A program made the position numbers and the translations under genes. The notes below the pieces were generated by a model. The model made no database searches. It saw only the letters and a program-made list of their open reading frames with translations, and was not told the DNA's origin. From Haplodiscus bocki (lineage: Eukaryota), in assembly GCA_965655095.1 (NCBI GenBank), contig OZ296655.1, positions 18,724,001 through 18,788,000 on the forward strand: DNA of 64,000 nucleotides, given 5' to 3'. Numbering within the stretch: the stretch's first letter is position 1; every line of letters starts with the position of its first letter. Of the stretch, positions 38,902 through 52,257 are shown piece after piece.

Positions 38902-39713
38902 AAGCAAACATTGCTGATTGAACGGAAGCAGTCTCAAGTGGAGGGAGTCAATAAAACGGACCTGGACAGAAGCAAGAAATCAGCTAAAACAGAAACAAGC
39001 AAACACAAAAACAAGTAAAAACAAAAAGCATTTTTGTTTCAATTTGTATATACCTTTGTTATTTAATTTCACCTCGGCCCCGTGTTTCAAGTGCCAGTTA
39101 GACATTTTGGTTTCGTTTTGTTCATAATTTGTTGTTCAATATCAGCCGTCTCTGCATAGATAGCATCAATTATCTGTTATTCTATGTTCTTGAAATCTTT
39201 ACGGTAGCATTCTTGACAAAAGTTCTCATACTTGTTCCCCGCACCCAGTAACTTGAAAATAATTGTTTAAACAAGAAAGATCATACTTCTAAGCTGGAAA
39301 AACCATAGCCATTGGAACAACGAAGTTTGTGAAGTTCAGTCAGCACTCTCATCTTTTTTTGTAAACCTTCTTCTTCCTATCAAATAAATCTCATCTCCTC
39401 AACTCTTGTGAAGTTTCAATTTGTACTCTCCGTCGAACTAGTAATAATATAAGACAACAATATTATTTTACGTATGTTTTCAATTCAACCTTAAAACGCA
39501 GATATTTTATTTAAAACAATCTCAAGTGAAAAATAAAGAAAACCTATCTAAAACAACCATCCTGGGATCCAAAATATTGAAAAAATTGAAAACTCAAAAT
39601 TCTTCTTGCCAAGTTGGAATTTTTGTCACGGTTGTTGAATTACCATGCCTCATGGTTTCAAAATTTAAGAAACAGGGGATATTTAGTTCCACTTGCCACA
39701 AGACCTGCCTGAA
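38902..39713 (+). repeat. 3' LTR
   Basis: Starts right after the poly-G tract. It is a direct repeat of 26465-27140 with an extra ~80 bp at ~39175-39255. Confidence 0.85.
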
Positions 39714-40329
39714 ACAATACAAAAAAACGGTGATAAAATTAAACTAAAAATGACGCAGTTGACGCTGCCATTTTTGGTCAACGAGAGGAAAAAATTCTTT
39801 TTACTGAATTGAGGATTTTGGTTTCCTAAAGACTTACGCCAGATAACAAGAACTGATTTTTATGGGACTTATTTCATTGGCGATCCTGAGAAATTGTCTT
39901 CCTAGAACTTAGAAACTCTTCAGAAGAATTTGTTTCTTTACCATAAGATTGAACCAACACGTTTATTCAATAGGCATTGAAATCAAATATTGAAAGTGAC
40001 AGACACTCCAATACAATCTTTTATAAAAAAGCAGAAGCACAGTTCCTGGTCATTACCGAGAAAAATACATCCGCTGATTTGAAAAAAAGCAAACTATGTC
40101 AAGTAAGAAAGACAACCTGGTCTCGATTGCGTTTTTTGTTAGGTCGCTCTGATTTAGGATTTCAAATTCCAAGAGAAGGGTCAGAAGCAATGTCCCTCGG
40201 GTTTGCAGAACCAGAAGCCTTCGCTTACTTCACCAAGCTCTGGTTGTTGCAAAAAAATAGAACACAAACTTCGAGTTTGGATCAATGAAATTTTGAAATA
40301 CATTTTTTTCAGATCAGTGGAACCCTGTT

Positions 40330-40620
40330 GTCTTGTCTAAATCTTGTTTATTGTCTTGTTTACACTATCAAAACACGGAGATGATTCTTGAGAAAAATAG
40401 CCATTCTCAATGTTAATACGTTGTAAAGGGTGTAATTTCTTAGAGAATGTCGATGTAATTTGGTACTGTAAAAACTGGGGAGCTGCCAACTTCTGAGTGT
40501 AATCAGTAGATGAGGGGCATCTTGACTGTATATGAAATGTGAACAAAAACGGAGTAGAAGGTACTTGAAACATCGAAAATTTTGACGCAAAATCAACCTC
40601 CTACCTCCTTGATACATAGA
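40330..40620 (-). mobile_element. Possible 3' fragment of a LINE
   Basis: KLAAPQF/YSTKLHRHSLRNYTLYNVL resembles the extreme RT C-terminus, followed by a short (AACAAGAC)-like repeated tail. Confidence 0.3.
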
Positions 40621-40640
40621 CGTGCAAAATCCCCCAACTT

Positions 40641-40830
40641 CTAAATATTATACTATATTGCGGATACACGACTGGCTTCCCTTCGGTCAGCCACTCATGT
40701 ATCCGACGATATGGCCGTTCCCTTCGCTTCGCTCCGGTCACTTATATTATTGTTCAGCTCTATCGAGCCTCACCTTTTTTGACTCGCTTCTACGAAGCTC
40801 GTAGGATGCTCGACTAACGTCTCGCATAAT
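40641..40830. other. GC-rich hairpin cluster, probable terminus of Polinton #2
   Basis: ggatacacgactggct...agccactcatgtatcc (14/16 complementary), atgc-tc-gac-taac-gtc-tc-gcat, and cttcgcttcgctc motifs in an otherwise AT-rich context. Confidence 0.55.
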
Positions 40831-41833
40831 AAACAACATCTACCTATAACATACTTATGTTTAGTGATGTACACATAACCATAATCGTAATCGGTGGAAT
40901 AATTTTTCTCAGACATAACAACATATAATTCCACATTTATGTGAACGTAGAAAAAAAGAAAAAATTACACCGTCGCTTTTATGTTCCACTGAACAACCAC
41001 TACACTTGCACATTCCAATGAGCGTCAACTTGTTTCACTTTTTTTAAAGAAATTTTTTGACGCTTAATGGAATAATGTGGAATTTATGAAATTGTCCAGT
41101 GAGTTTTTGTCTTTGCGTGACTGAAAATACATGGTGACTGCTACATAGTTTTTTAAGGATATCTCCGTGAATATTTACCCGATTAATGTCAAATAAAAAC
41201 TGGTGTGAACTTAATTGAATTAAGAAGTTTGTTTCGAGAAAAAAGTTGAAAAAAATTGAACTTACCATCTTAACAGGGCAAAAACTAGACTTACCATCTT
41301 ACCATGGTATACTCAGAGCTTGTCGGTCTCAAATAAAAACGAAAACTCATAATTTATTTAGTCTACCCTGAAAGTTTGAGCTTCATATCTATGATACATT
41401 TTGAGACAACCAATTTTGAAAAAGTTCAAAGGGTTAAAACATAAATAAAAACCACTCAAGTGGAAATTTTTTTCATTTTCCGTTTAGACTTTCCCACGGT
41501 CGCTTAAACATGTGAAAGTTACGAAATCAACGAAGTTTTGAGCTACAGAAAAGTTTAATATATAGTTGAAAACGTCTTGAAAAAAGCTGTTCAATGATAG
41601 TTTTTTTCGAAAACGTCGGCTGAATTCATTACCATCGAAATCCTGAATGTAACCTCAAACATGCTTTGTCAATGAAACATTTTTAGTAGCAGTGGAGCAT
41701 TATATATCTTTAGAAAGGTCTTGAAAAGGGTAATTTAATGCTAATGTTTTCAAAATTTTTTACCATATCATTTTTCATCAATATGAATTTCTTTTTTAAT
41801 CATCCAATTACGAATTGCAAAATGAAAAAGATT

Positions 41834-42085
41834 TTATAAATCAAAACAATGAGTTTTTACATATTCGGGATTTTGAGATAGTATTTTAAAAATTTGTCTA
41901 TGCATTGTTGGTATAGGAAATTTTAGATAATAACGTATATTTACATTTGATAGATTACTATAAATTTTTATTGTCAGTTTATTTATTTGATTAAATATAA
42001 AACTTTTTGTCGAGGAGTTTTTAGTTTTCTTTTTTTCATTCAAGTTCGTGAATTTGTCAGCTATTGTTAAATTAAATATATCCAT
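41834..42085 (-). pseudogene. Polinton accessory ORF downstream of pPolB (copy A)
   Basis: 83 aa ORF duplicated at 48820-49071; function unknown. Confidence 0.45.
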
Positions 42086-42358
42086 ATTACCATTATTTTT
42101 AAGTTGAATATCCTATACACATTTATATTGAAATGTATGAAAATATTTTTTTATAACAGTCTCTAAGACAAATATCAATTATAGAATCTTTTTTCTGAAC
42201 GAGTGGTTTAATAACTTCATATTCTTTGACAACGGTTAACTGGTTTTCGTTCATTATAACATTCATGTATTGAAGAGGAATATATTTTAAAAAAACTTTT
42301 CAACAAAACATAATAAAATTGAACTTGTATTTAGATAGTTTTTTATAAATAAACCATC

Positions 42359-45250
42359 CTATTCTTCAAAATAAAGAAGCATATGACCAAATTCATTAGG
42401 AGCTTCTCGTTTTAATAAATATAAATAGCTTCAATTTCTATAATTTGATTTTTACATTTTGTATATAAATTTTTATCCTTACATTCATTACAAAATCTCA
42501 TTTTCGTTGGTTTAACAACTCCATTATTAAATGATTTTTTCCAACTTTTAGGTAACCTAGCTGATATTTTTTTGCCTTCTATCATTTCAAATATTGAGAT
42601 CGATTAAATAATCGTTTACTATCGTTGAAGTCTTTGAAGGTCATGTGTTGTTGATTAATACCAATTTCGTAAATAGTGAAACAATATTTTGTGTCAGGAG
42701 CAAGGAATAAACCGTAAAAGATGCTTCCTGTTTCGTATTCTTTTTTACCATGGCATAACTTCTTACCAACTAAATTTACTTTACCTAACACATCCCAATG
42801 TTTTTTTTCTATATACACACTATCCGTATCTCCATAATAAATACTATTATTATAAAGTCCGTTGATTTCTCTGATAAAATTATTCAATATTCGTTCACTT
42901 TTACTTAATATAAAAGCCCGTATTCGATTTGGTATTATATTTTTCATATCATTGTCACCATCTAAACCATCGTCTTTCTAAAATTTCAATATAAAGATTC
43001 CATTTGGTGTTTTTCAATAACCTAACACATTTTCATCGTACTCTGTTCCCATCCAATGTTGTGATTTACAATTATATAATTCATCTATGTCTCTGCGTAT
43101 TTGAACTCCGTAAAGACTGTTCATCATTAGTTTAACTAAACTTTTCATCAAAAAGTATTTTCGTCTTTAAATTTTTTTCGTAAAGCAAACATTTTTTCTA
43201 TAACTTTTGTAAAAGGCGATATTCTAAAGATTTCTCAAAAAATAACTCCTCCGTAAATTCGAATTACTTTACCTCCAACTTTCGCAATTTCTTGACTATC
43301 AACTGATGTTAATGTGTCATTAATTTTTTTATTTTTCATGCGATTAACTTCGATATTTTTATCTTTTTCTTTAACTGGTAAAACTTGAAATATAAGATCA
43401 GGAGGATTGTAATGTTTTAGTTTTAATATAGCAGATTCATTACCATCTTGGTTAAAAATTTGATTGTTAAAAGCTTTCACATAAACATTGTTCATATGAT
43501 GTTTAATAGCAAATCCAGTTTCTTTTTTAGGACACAGCGAGTTTTCATCCCACATAGCAGAAGGATATAAGGAGGTAGCATCAAAGTCCATCATAAAATC
43601 AGAAAGATTCGGTTTTTTTATTTTTTTGTGTATTGGTAGTTTTTTGAGTTTGTACTTGATATAATTATTCCTTACTTTTTTGTTGATATCTCTATAGTCA
43701 TCAAATTAGGATTCATATTCGTCTTCTATTTTCTTTCTATGTTCATTTGAATATTCAAAAAGTTTATCCAAATCTCGCATGTATTGCCATTAATGTTAAT
43801 GTTAAAATCTTGTGACATAATATTAGATACTTCATCTGAATTAAATGAGCTATAATATTGATGTAAAGCTGCACGTCTACCAACTTTTATGCTTTGTCTT
43901 ACAAAATGAGACAGAAATTCATCGTTATAAGTATAGATTGGTTCACCGTTTTCATCTCTTAAACTAATAAAATATTTATTCGCTAAAGAAGGTAGTGTTA
44001 AACTATTTTTCATACCAACTCCTGTTAATTACTCCATTCCCTTTGAATCTCTAGCATGAGCGAAAGCAGTTGATAAAACGCCGTTCTTAAGATAGGGTAA
44101 CCATTCACTTTCTTTCATTTCCCAAGTGTCCTCATTAATTTCATCATGTTTTAATTCTTTTTAGGTTGATCTTTCTTGTAATTCATATTTTTTTCGTTTT
44201 TTCTAAGAATCTTTACTATATAATATGCCGCATCTGAAATGAACATACTGAGGGATCTTTTTGTTTTGCTCTACATTACCGTTGAATATTTTAAGAGATA
44301 CAAATCCTGATCCGTTTTTAATCAAACTAACAACTGTTCTCCATTGAGGTAATCTATTAAAAAAACATAACTATCAAATCCTGATCATTTATGGGCAAGT
44401 AAGTAGAAACTATATTTAACAATGTTTTTTTAATTCTTTCGGTCCTCCTTTGAATTGTAAAACGTAATCTAACATTTCGTTAATATTATATAATCCTTTA
44501 AAAACATTACAATCTTTCTTACATTTAGTCATTTTCTTTTTCTGATATATCTCGATTGTATTCACCTGAAATTTTACTTAGTTAATGTATACAATTAGGA
44601 TAAGGAACACATTTTAAATTATTAAAAGTTTCTGTATCATAAACAACCATGTTAGTTATTTGAGATTGAACTTGTTTAGGTTTGTTTTCGTATTTAATAA
44701 AACTTTTAACATGTTTATCAGATATAACATTATCAACAACTTTAAAATTTGGATATAACTCGTTTTCTATTGCCTTATTAAAAATAATATTGTTTGATTT
44801 CCGAATTAAGCAGAAATGATTATTATTTATTTTTATTGCTATATTTCTTTCTGGAATATGTGTAGGCCATACTTCTTTACCGTTAAAATAACCAATGTTG
44901 ATATTGTATTTTCTACAGACTGGTTGACTTCTAGCAGATGCCAGTACATTAGATCTTCTTTGTTCAATTAAACTAAAAGTTAAAAAAAGTTCTGTATAAT
45001 CTTTACCAGTTAGATAAATGATACACTTTTTATAAAACGATTATCACTTGTAGGAATACAACAGTTGTTAACTAAATATTCAACAATGTCTTATCTGAAA
45101 TCCGTACCTCTACCATATTCAGATCTGTTTACTTATTGAATTCAGATGTGTTTATTTTAAACAGCTATTCTGTAAAAAGAACATCTTCACTATCGTAACC
45201 ACCTTTATCTATAGCATTAAAACAAGTTTCGAAATCATCGACATTTTCAA
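42359..45250 (-). pseudogene. pPolB of Polinton #2, copy A
   Basis: Exo I VVYDTETF, Exo III PYLKNG, motif A DFDATSLYPSAM, motif B LVKLMMNSLYG, motif C YYGDTDS. Confidence 0.95.
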
Positions 45251-45254
45251 ACCT

Positions 45255-45865
45255 ATTTAAAAAAAACTTTTTTCGAAAAAAACTCCTAAAACCTCGAATA
45301 AGAAAACACATTTAATCGAAACAGATCGAGAAAAGGATTTTTTTATAAATATTTTTTTCAAAAATTCCCATAAAACAAAAACATTAAACATTATTCTAGA
45401 AATTCTTAGAAGCTGTTTTTGCAGAATGTTTTAACCGTACCCTGAAAGATTTTCTTAAACCACCTGTTTTTGAACCAGGTGATGCTAACTGGATTGATGA
45501 ATTAGCCACAATAACAAAACAGTATAATAATTGAGTACAAACTTCTACTAAGTTAAATCCACTACAAGCTTCTTTGAAAACGAACGAAAGATTTGTTTAT
45601 CAAAATTTATTAGACGAACGAAAGAAAATAGAACCAAAGTTTCATGTAAACAACCGCGTTCGAGTTGGTGCTTTGCGAAAAACGTTCTCAAAATCGGAGA
45701 CGACAAGTAGGACTTATAAATTAAATAAAACTAGTGAAGTTATTAATGATACACTACCGAGTTACGGCATTGATAATTTACCAGAAAAATATAACGAAGC
45801 CTCATTGAAAAAGACAGAATAAACAATGAAAGAGAATGATACCATCATGAAAAAGTTAAACTTAA
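45255..45865 (+). pseudogene. 5'-truncated integrase, copy A
   Basis: HLIETDREKDF, AVFAECFNRTLKDFLK, NWIDEL..ITKQYNN, RKTFSKSETT. Confidence 0.88.
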
Positions 45866-47148
45866 ATTAAGTCAAATTGTCTTTGACCATCACTACTGAC
45901 AGACACTATATTATTCGTTGATAAAAGAGCATATCCGATTAAAAATGTTGCTGCTGGAACGGCTGGTCTGAAATCAAATCTTACTTTTATAAGTTGAGCA
46001 GAAATATAATCTTGATGATGACTTATATCAAAAACATATACATTATAACCAGGGTTACCATCTGGATAAAGATTAGAAGTTACAAAATCTTTTTGCGTAA
46101 TATAGGTTTTTGAAGCATTACCTTTATCTAGATGTCTAAAACAGGAAACAATTTCTCCATATGCTTGTGAATATTTTTCAAAAACATAACTACAATTTTT
46201 TCCTGCATCCGAAAGCTTTACGTTGCCAATGACACATTGAGCATTTACTACACTTGGTTTACGAAATGTATCATTTTTCTGATGTTGTTGATTAATTTGA
46301 TCTCTTTGCATAAATCCTACTATTACATAAAATGGTATATCAACACCATCTCCAAAGCCCAGCTCAAATGTCCAATCATTTTCAGTAGTTACATCTTTCA
46401 TATAAGATGATCTTTTAACATATGACAATTCAGTTGGAGCTTTAGATACAATATGTCCTAACATTAAATTTTGATTTGACATACCCATAATATACTGCGG
46501 AAAGTACCAACTGAAGTCTTCTATAATAACTCTTCCAGCCAAAGCAAGATTTGCTTCAATGTCAATTCCTGCCCGATGATTTAATACAAGATTATTACTT
46601 TTTCTTTGAAATGTTAGCTTATAACCCAAACCATGAGTGCAATTATCTTGCTGTTCTGCAAAACCAAAAACATCTTTTCAATAAAGTCTAACATGGTTAT
46701 TTCATTCAGTTGTTTTGTTATTAGTCAATTCTCTTTCTCGAACTTCATTACTAGTGCGAAAATCGATTGATAAATCGTCACTATCTCTGCTACTTGATAA
46801 CATTTTGTACATTAAACAAATAACAGGAGCATTGTCTACATCCTCTATTTCCTTTCCACTTGAGCTTGTCAGTCTGTATTTATTAAATAAGGCAGTAGGT
46901 CCTAGGTTAACAAACTTTATATGATCATTATCTGCAGATCGAGCATGCGGACCAGCTTTATGACTTATATTAAAATCTAAATCAAGATTACTATCTTTCA
47001 ATGAAACAGCACTATAATCTCTAAGTCTATCAATAAAAACATGACTCTTGTCTCCATTTACAAGAGTTAACGAAGGTGGAGTATATCTAATATAATCACA
47101 TTTGAGAGTGGGTCTTTAACAGCAAGTTTTTGTGATATGTTAAACATT
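45862..47148 (-). pseudogene. Major capsid protein, copy A
   Basis: LKCDYIRYTPPSL...FVNLGPTALFNKYRLTSSSGKEIE...FGFAEQQDNCTHGLGYKLT...IPFYVIVGFMQRD...YSQAYGEI...GYNVYVFDI...SSDGQRQFDLI. Confidence 0.85.
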
Positions 47149-47237
47149 TATAAAAGTAAAAAAACTTCTGTTCTGTTATGTTATATAAGATTAAAATTTT
47201 TAAAGATTTTTTTGTGCTGAGTTGGATTCATGCATTT

Positions 47238-47990
47238 TTATTCTAATAAATTATCACTTATAGCAACCATTTCTTCCTTATTTGTCTTTGAATACTTTCC
47301 AGTTTGTTTCTCCTTCAATAATAATCCTAATCTATCACATAATTCATTTGGATTTTCTGAAAGGAAAAAGGTTTTTAACCCAGATGCGAGTAGAGCTACT
47401 TTAATATAATAGATTTTCCAGACGTTTTCATCTCTAAGACTTTCAACTTTTGCATGTATATCAAAATGCATTTTATCCAAGAAATTAGTAAATTATTTCG
47501 CATCAAGTGAATGTGTTTTATTAAAATCGTAATCAGTTATCATTGAAAGAATATCTCCTTGTAACGTGAAAACTACACCACTGGCTGTAAAATTTAGCTT
47601 ATCATCGTATAAGGCACTTTTTTTCTATCCAGTTTGTAATCATTCCGGTCACCACTATCAAGATCGTCTAACAATCGAAATTAACTCGTATTTTTTGGTA
47701 CTAAGAATTTTGCTATAAGTCTAATCAAACTCTAATAAATTACTTCACTTTTATTCATCAACTCCAAAGTTTCAACGTTTTTATTTGATTCATCCAACTT
47801 CTCATTTGCTTTTATATTGGATTTGGTCTCCTCAAGTAATTTTTGATTTGTGTCTGTTAATATTTTTGTAATCCTTTCGAATATTTTTTTTATATCATAA
47901 CGAAAACCTTGTTTACCTAATTTTTCAACTAATCTAATTTGTTTTACTTTTAACTTGAGATCATCTAATTCTTCCAAGTTTTTCAATTCA
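47238..47990 (-). pseudogene. Polinton conserved uncharacterised protein, copy A
   Basis: ORFs 47732-47986 and 47238-47480 (FLSENPNELCDRLGLLLKEKQTG). Homologous to 14891-15580. Confidence 0.65.
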
Positions 47991-48004
47991 TCTTTACTTT
48001 TAAT

Positions 48005-48287
48005 TCAAACTATCATATTTATATCAGTAAACCAGAAAGGTTTCGTCTCAGGAGTACATCCATTAGAAGTATTTTTTTTACCATTTCTGATAGTATATAT
48101 ACCCTCTCCTATTTTAGCAAATCTGTTTTTTTGTAAAAAATCATAATCATTTGACCAAGCTTTACGACAGAGTTTTTTCCATGTTTCTAAATTCATATCT
48201 AATCCTGCTCTATCATGAATTAATAGTATGATATCTCTTAGAGTTTGCATAAATGAAATTTTTATAGTAGAATTATTACGAATAGGG
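48005..48287 (-). pseudogene. C-terminal fragment of packaging ATPase, cut by the tandem junction
   Basis: IRNNSTIKISFMQTLRD...AGLDMNLETWKKLCRKAWSNDYDFL, homologous to the C-terminus of 15590-16150. Confidence 0.8.
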
Positions 48288-48819
48288 TACCATGGTATAC
48301 TCGAAGCTTGTCGGTCTCAATTAAAAACTAAATCTCAAAATTTAATTAGTCTACCCTGAAAGTTTGAGCTTCATATCTATCATAGATTTTGAGACAACCA
48401 ATTTTGAAAAAGTTCAAAGGGTTAAAACGTAAATAAAAACCACTCAAGTGGAAATTTTTTCATTTTCCGTTTAGACTTTCCCACGGTCGCTTAAACATGT
48501 GAAAGTTACGAAATCAACGAAGTTTTGAGCTACAGAAAAGTTTAATATATAGTTGAAAACGTCTTGAAAAAAGCTGTTCAATGATAGTTTTTTCGAAAAC
48601 GTCGGCTGGATTCATTACCATCGAAATCCTGAATGTAACCTCAAACATGCTTTGTCAATGAAACATTTTTAGTAGCAGTGGAGCATTATATATCTTTAGA
48701 AAGGTCTTGAAAAGGGTAATTTAATGCTAATGTTTTCAAAATTTTTTACCATATCATTTTTCATCAATATGAATTTCTTTTTTAATCATCCAATTACGAA
48801 TTGCAAAATGAAAAAGATT

Positions 48820-49071
48820 TTATAAATCAAAACAATGAGTTTTTACATATTCGGGATTTTGAGATAGTATTTTAAAAATTTGTGTATGCATTGTTGGTAT
48901 AGGAAATTTTAGATTATAACGTATATTTACATTTGATAGATTACTATAAATTTTTATTGTCAGTTTATTTATTTGATTAAATATAAAACTTTTTGTCGAG
49001 GAGTTTTTAGTTTTCTTTTTTTCATTCAACTTCGTGAATTTGTCAGCTATTGTTAAATTAAATATATCCAT
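48820..49071 (-). pseudogene. Polinton accessory ORF (copy B)
   Basis: Nearly identical to 41834-42085. Confidence 0.45.
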
Positions 49072-49346
49072 ATTACCATTATTTTTAAGTTGAATATCCT
49101 ATACACATTTATATTGAAATGTATGAAAATATTTTTTTATAACAGTCTCTAAGACAAATATCAATTATAGAATCTTTTTTCTGAACGAGTGGTTTAATAA
49201 CTTCATATTCTTTGACAACGGTTAACTGGTTTTCGTTCATTATAACATTCATGTATTGAAGAGGAATATTTTTTTAAAAAAATATTTTCAATAAAACATA
49301 TCAAAATTGAACTTGTATTTAGATAGTTTATTATAAATAAACCATC

Positions 49347-52255
49347 CTATTCTTTAAAATAAGGAAGCATATGACCAAATTCATTTGGAGCCTTTCGTAT
49401 TAAAAAATTTAATTTAGCTTCAAATTCTCTAATTTCGTTAATTTGATTCTTACATTTTGTACAAAAAGTTTTATCTTTGAATTCATTACAAAATCTCATT
49501 TTCGTTGGTTTAACAACTCCATTATTTAATGAGTTTTTCCAACTTTTAGGTGACCTAGCTGATATGTTTTTACCTTCTATCATTTCAAACATTGAGATCG
49601 ATTAATTAATCGTTTACTATCGTTAAAGTCTTTGAAGGTCATGTGTTGTTGAATAATACCAATTTCGTAAATAGTGAAACAATATTTTGTGTCAGCAGCA
49701 AGGAATAAACCGTAAAAGATGTCTCCTGCTTCGTTATCATTTTTTCCATGGCATAATTTTTACTACCAACTACCTTTGCTTTACCTAAAACATCCCAATG
49801 TTTTTTTTCTATATACACACTGTCGGTTTCTCCAAAATAAATACTATTATTATAAAATTAGCTGATTTCTCTGATAAAATTAATCTCTATTCGTTCACTT
49901 TTACTTGATATAAAAGCCCATATTTGAATTGGTAATTTATTTTTTATAGCATTATCACCATTTAAACCATCGTCTTTTCCAAAATTCAATATAAGAATTC
50001 CATTTGGTGTTTTTCAATAATCTAACAAGTTTTCATCGTACTCTGTTTCCATGCAATGTTATGATTTACATTTATAAAACTCATCTATGTCTCTGCGTAT
50101 TTGAACTCCGTAAAGACTGTTCATCATGAGTTTAACAAAACTTTTCATCAAATAGTATTTTCGTCTTTAAATCTCATTCGTAAAGCAAACATTTTTTCTA
50201 TAACTTTTGTAAAAGGCGATATTCTAAAGATTTCTCATAAAATAACTCCTCCGTAAATTCGAATTACTTTAACTCCAACTTCCGCAATTTCTTGACTATC
50301 AACTGTTGTTAATTTGTCGTTAATTTTTCCATTTTTCTTGCGATTAACTTCGATATTTTTATCTTTTTCTTTAACTGGTAAAACTTGAAATATAAGATCA
50401 AGAGGATTGTAGTATCTTAGTTTTAATATAGCAGATTCATTACCATCTCGGTTAAAAATTTGATTGTTAAATGCTTTCAAATAAACATTGTTCATATGAA
50501 ATTTAATAGCAAATACAGTTTCTTTTTTAGGATACACTGAGTTTTCATCCCACATAGCAGAAAGATATAAGGACGTAGCATCAAAATCCATCATAACATC
50601 AGAAAGATTCGGTTTTTCTTATATTTTATGTATTGGTAGTTTTTTGAGTTTGTACTTGATATAATTAGTTCTTACTTCTTTGTTGATATCTCTATAGTCA
50701 TCAAACTAGAATTCATATTCGTGTTCTATTTCTTTCCATGTTCATTTGAATATTCAAAAAGTTTATCCAAAATCTCGCATATATTGCCATTAATGTTAAT
50801 GTTAAAATCTTGCGACATAAGGTTAAATAATTCATCTGAAATAAATGAGCTATATTATTGGTGTAAAGCTGAACATCTACCACCTTTTATGCTTTTTCTT
50901 ACAAAATGACTCAGAAATTCATCGTTATAAGTATAGATTGGTTCATAGTTTTCATCTCCTAAACTAATAAAATATTTATTCGCTAAAGAAGGTAATGTTA
51001 AACTACTTTTCATACCAACTCCTGTTAATTCCTCCATTCCCTTTGAATCTCTAGCGTAAGAGAAAGCAGTTGATGAAACGTCGTTCTTAAGATAGGGTAA
51101 CCATTAATTTCCTTTCCTTTCCCAAGTGTCCCCATAAATTTCATCATGTCCTAATTCTTTTTAGGTTGATCTTTCTTGTAATTCATAACTTTTTCGTTTT
51201 TTCTAAAAGTCTTTACTATATAAAAATCCGCATCTGAAATGAACATATTGAGGGATCTTTTTGCTTTGCTCTACATAACCGATGAATATTTTAAGAGGTA
51301 CAAATCCTGATCCGTTTTTAATCAAATTAACAACTGTTCTCCATTGAGGTAACTTATTTAGAAAAACATAAGTATCAAATCCTGATCCTTTATGAGCAAG
51401 TAAGTAGAAACTATATTTAACAATTTTTTTTTAATTTTTTCGGTTCGCCTTTGAATTGTAAAACGTAACCTATCATTTCGTTAATATTATATAATCCTTT
51501 AAAAACATTAGAATCTTTCTTACATTTAGTCATTTTCTTTTTCTGATATAACTCGATTGTATTCACCTGAAATTTTCCTTAGTTTATGTATGCAATTAGG
51601 ATAAGGAACACATTTTAAATTATTAAAAGTTTCTGTATCATAAACAACCATGTTAGTTATTTGAGATTGAACTTGTTTAGGTTTGTATTCGTATTTAATA
51701 AAACTTTTAACATGTTTATCAGATATAACATTATCAACAACTTTGAAATTTGGATTTAACTCGTTTTCTATTGCCTTATTAAAAATAATATTATTTGATT
51801 TCCGAATTAAGTAGAAATGATTATTATGTATTTTTAAGGCTATATTTCTTTCTGGAATATGTGTAGGCCATACTTCTTTACCGTTAAAATAACCAATGTT
51901 GATATTGTATTTTCTACAGAATGGTTGACTTCTAGCAGATGCCAGTACATTAGATCTTTTTTGTTCAATGAAACTAAAAGTTAAAAAATGTTCTGTACAA
52001 TCTTTACCAGTTACATAATTGATACACTTTTTATAAAACAATTATCACTTGTAGGAATATAACAGTTGTTAAATATATAATCAACAATGTCTTGTCTGAA
52101 ATCTGTACCTCTACCATTTTGAGATCTGTTTATTTATTGAATTCAGATGTGTTTAATTTAAACAGCCATTCTGTAAAAAGAACATCTTCACTATCGTAAC
52201 CACCATTATCTATAGCATTAAAACAAGTTTCGAAATCATCGACATCTTCAAACAT
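49347..52255 (-). pseudogene. pPolB of Polinton #2, copy B
   Basis: VVYDTETF, LAHKGSGFDTY, PYLKNDV, DFDATSLYLSAM, KLMMNSLYG, YFGETDS. Confidence 0.93.
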
Positions 52256-52257
52256 TT

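Larger units (their letters stand above)
26465..39713 (+). mobile_element. Envelope-bearing Ty3/Gypsy LTR retrotransposon (retrovirus-like) with macrodomain in Pol and accessory J-domain ORF
   Basis: Direct terminal repeats, gag (CA plus CCHC knuckles), PR-RT-RH-macro-INT order, env-like ORF, ORF4, and poly-G PPT. Confidence 0.93.
40620..48287. mobile_element. Polinton family #2, copy A (internally deleted, truncated within the ATPase)
   Basis: pPolB(-), partial integrase(+), MCP(-), conserved ORF(-), ATPase C-terminus(-). Confidence 0.9.

Noticed and set aside
41040-41770. Possible MITE nested in Polinton #2
   Set aside because: Internal repeated gaaa.gtcttgaaaa motifs are present, but I could not define TIRs or a TSD.
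42359-52255. Alternative genetic code (TGA at Trp/Arg positions)
   Set aside because: TAA and TAG stops and frameshifts are equally common, and the copies differ at such sites (TGG versus TAG). This is ordinary pseudogene decay.
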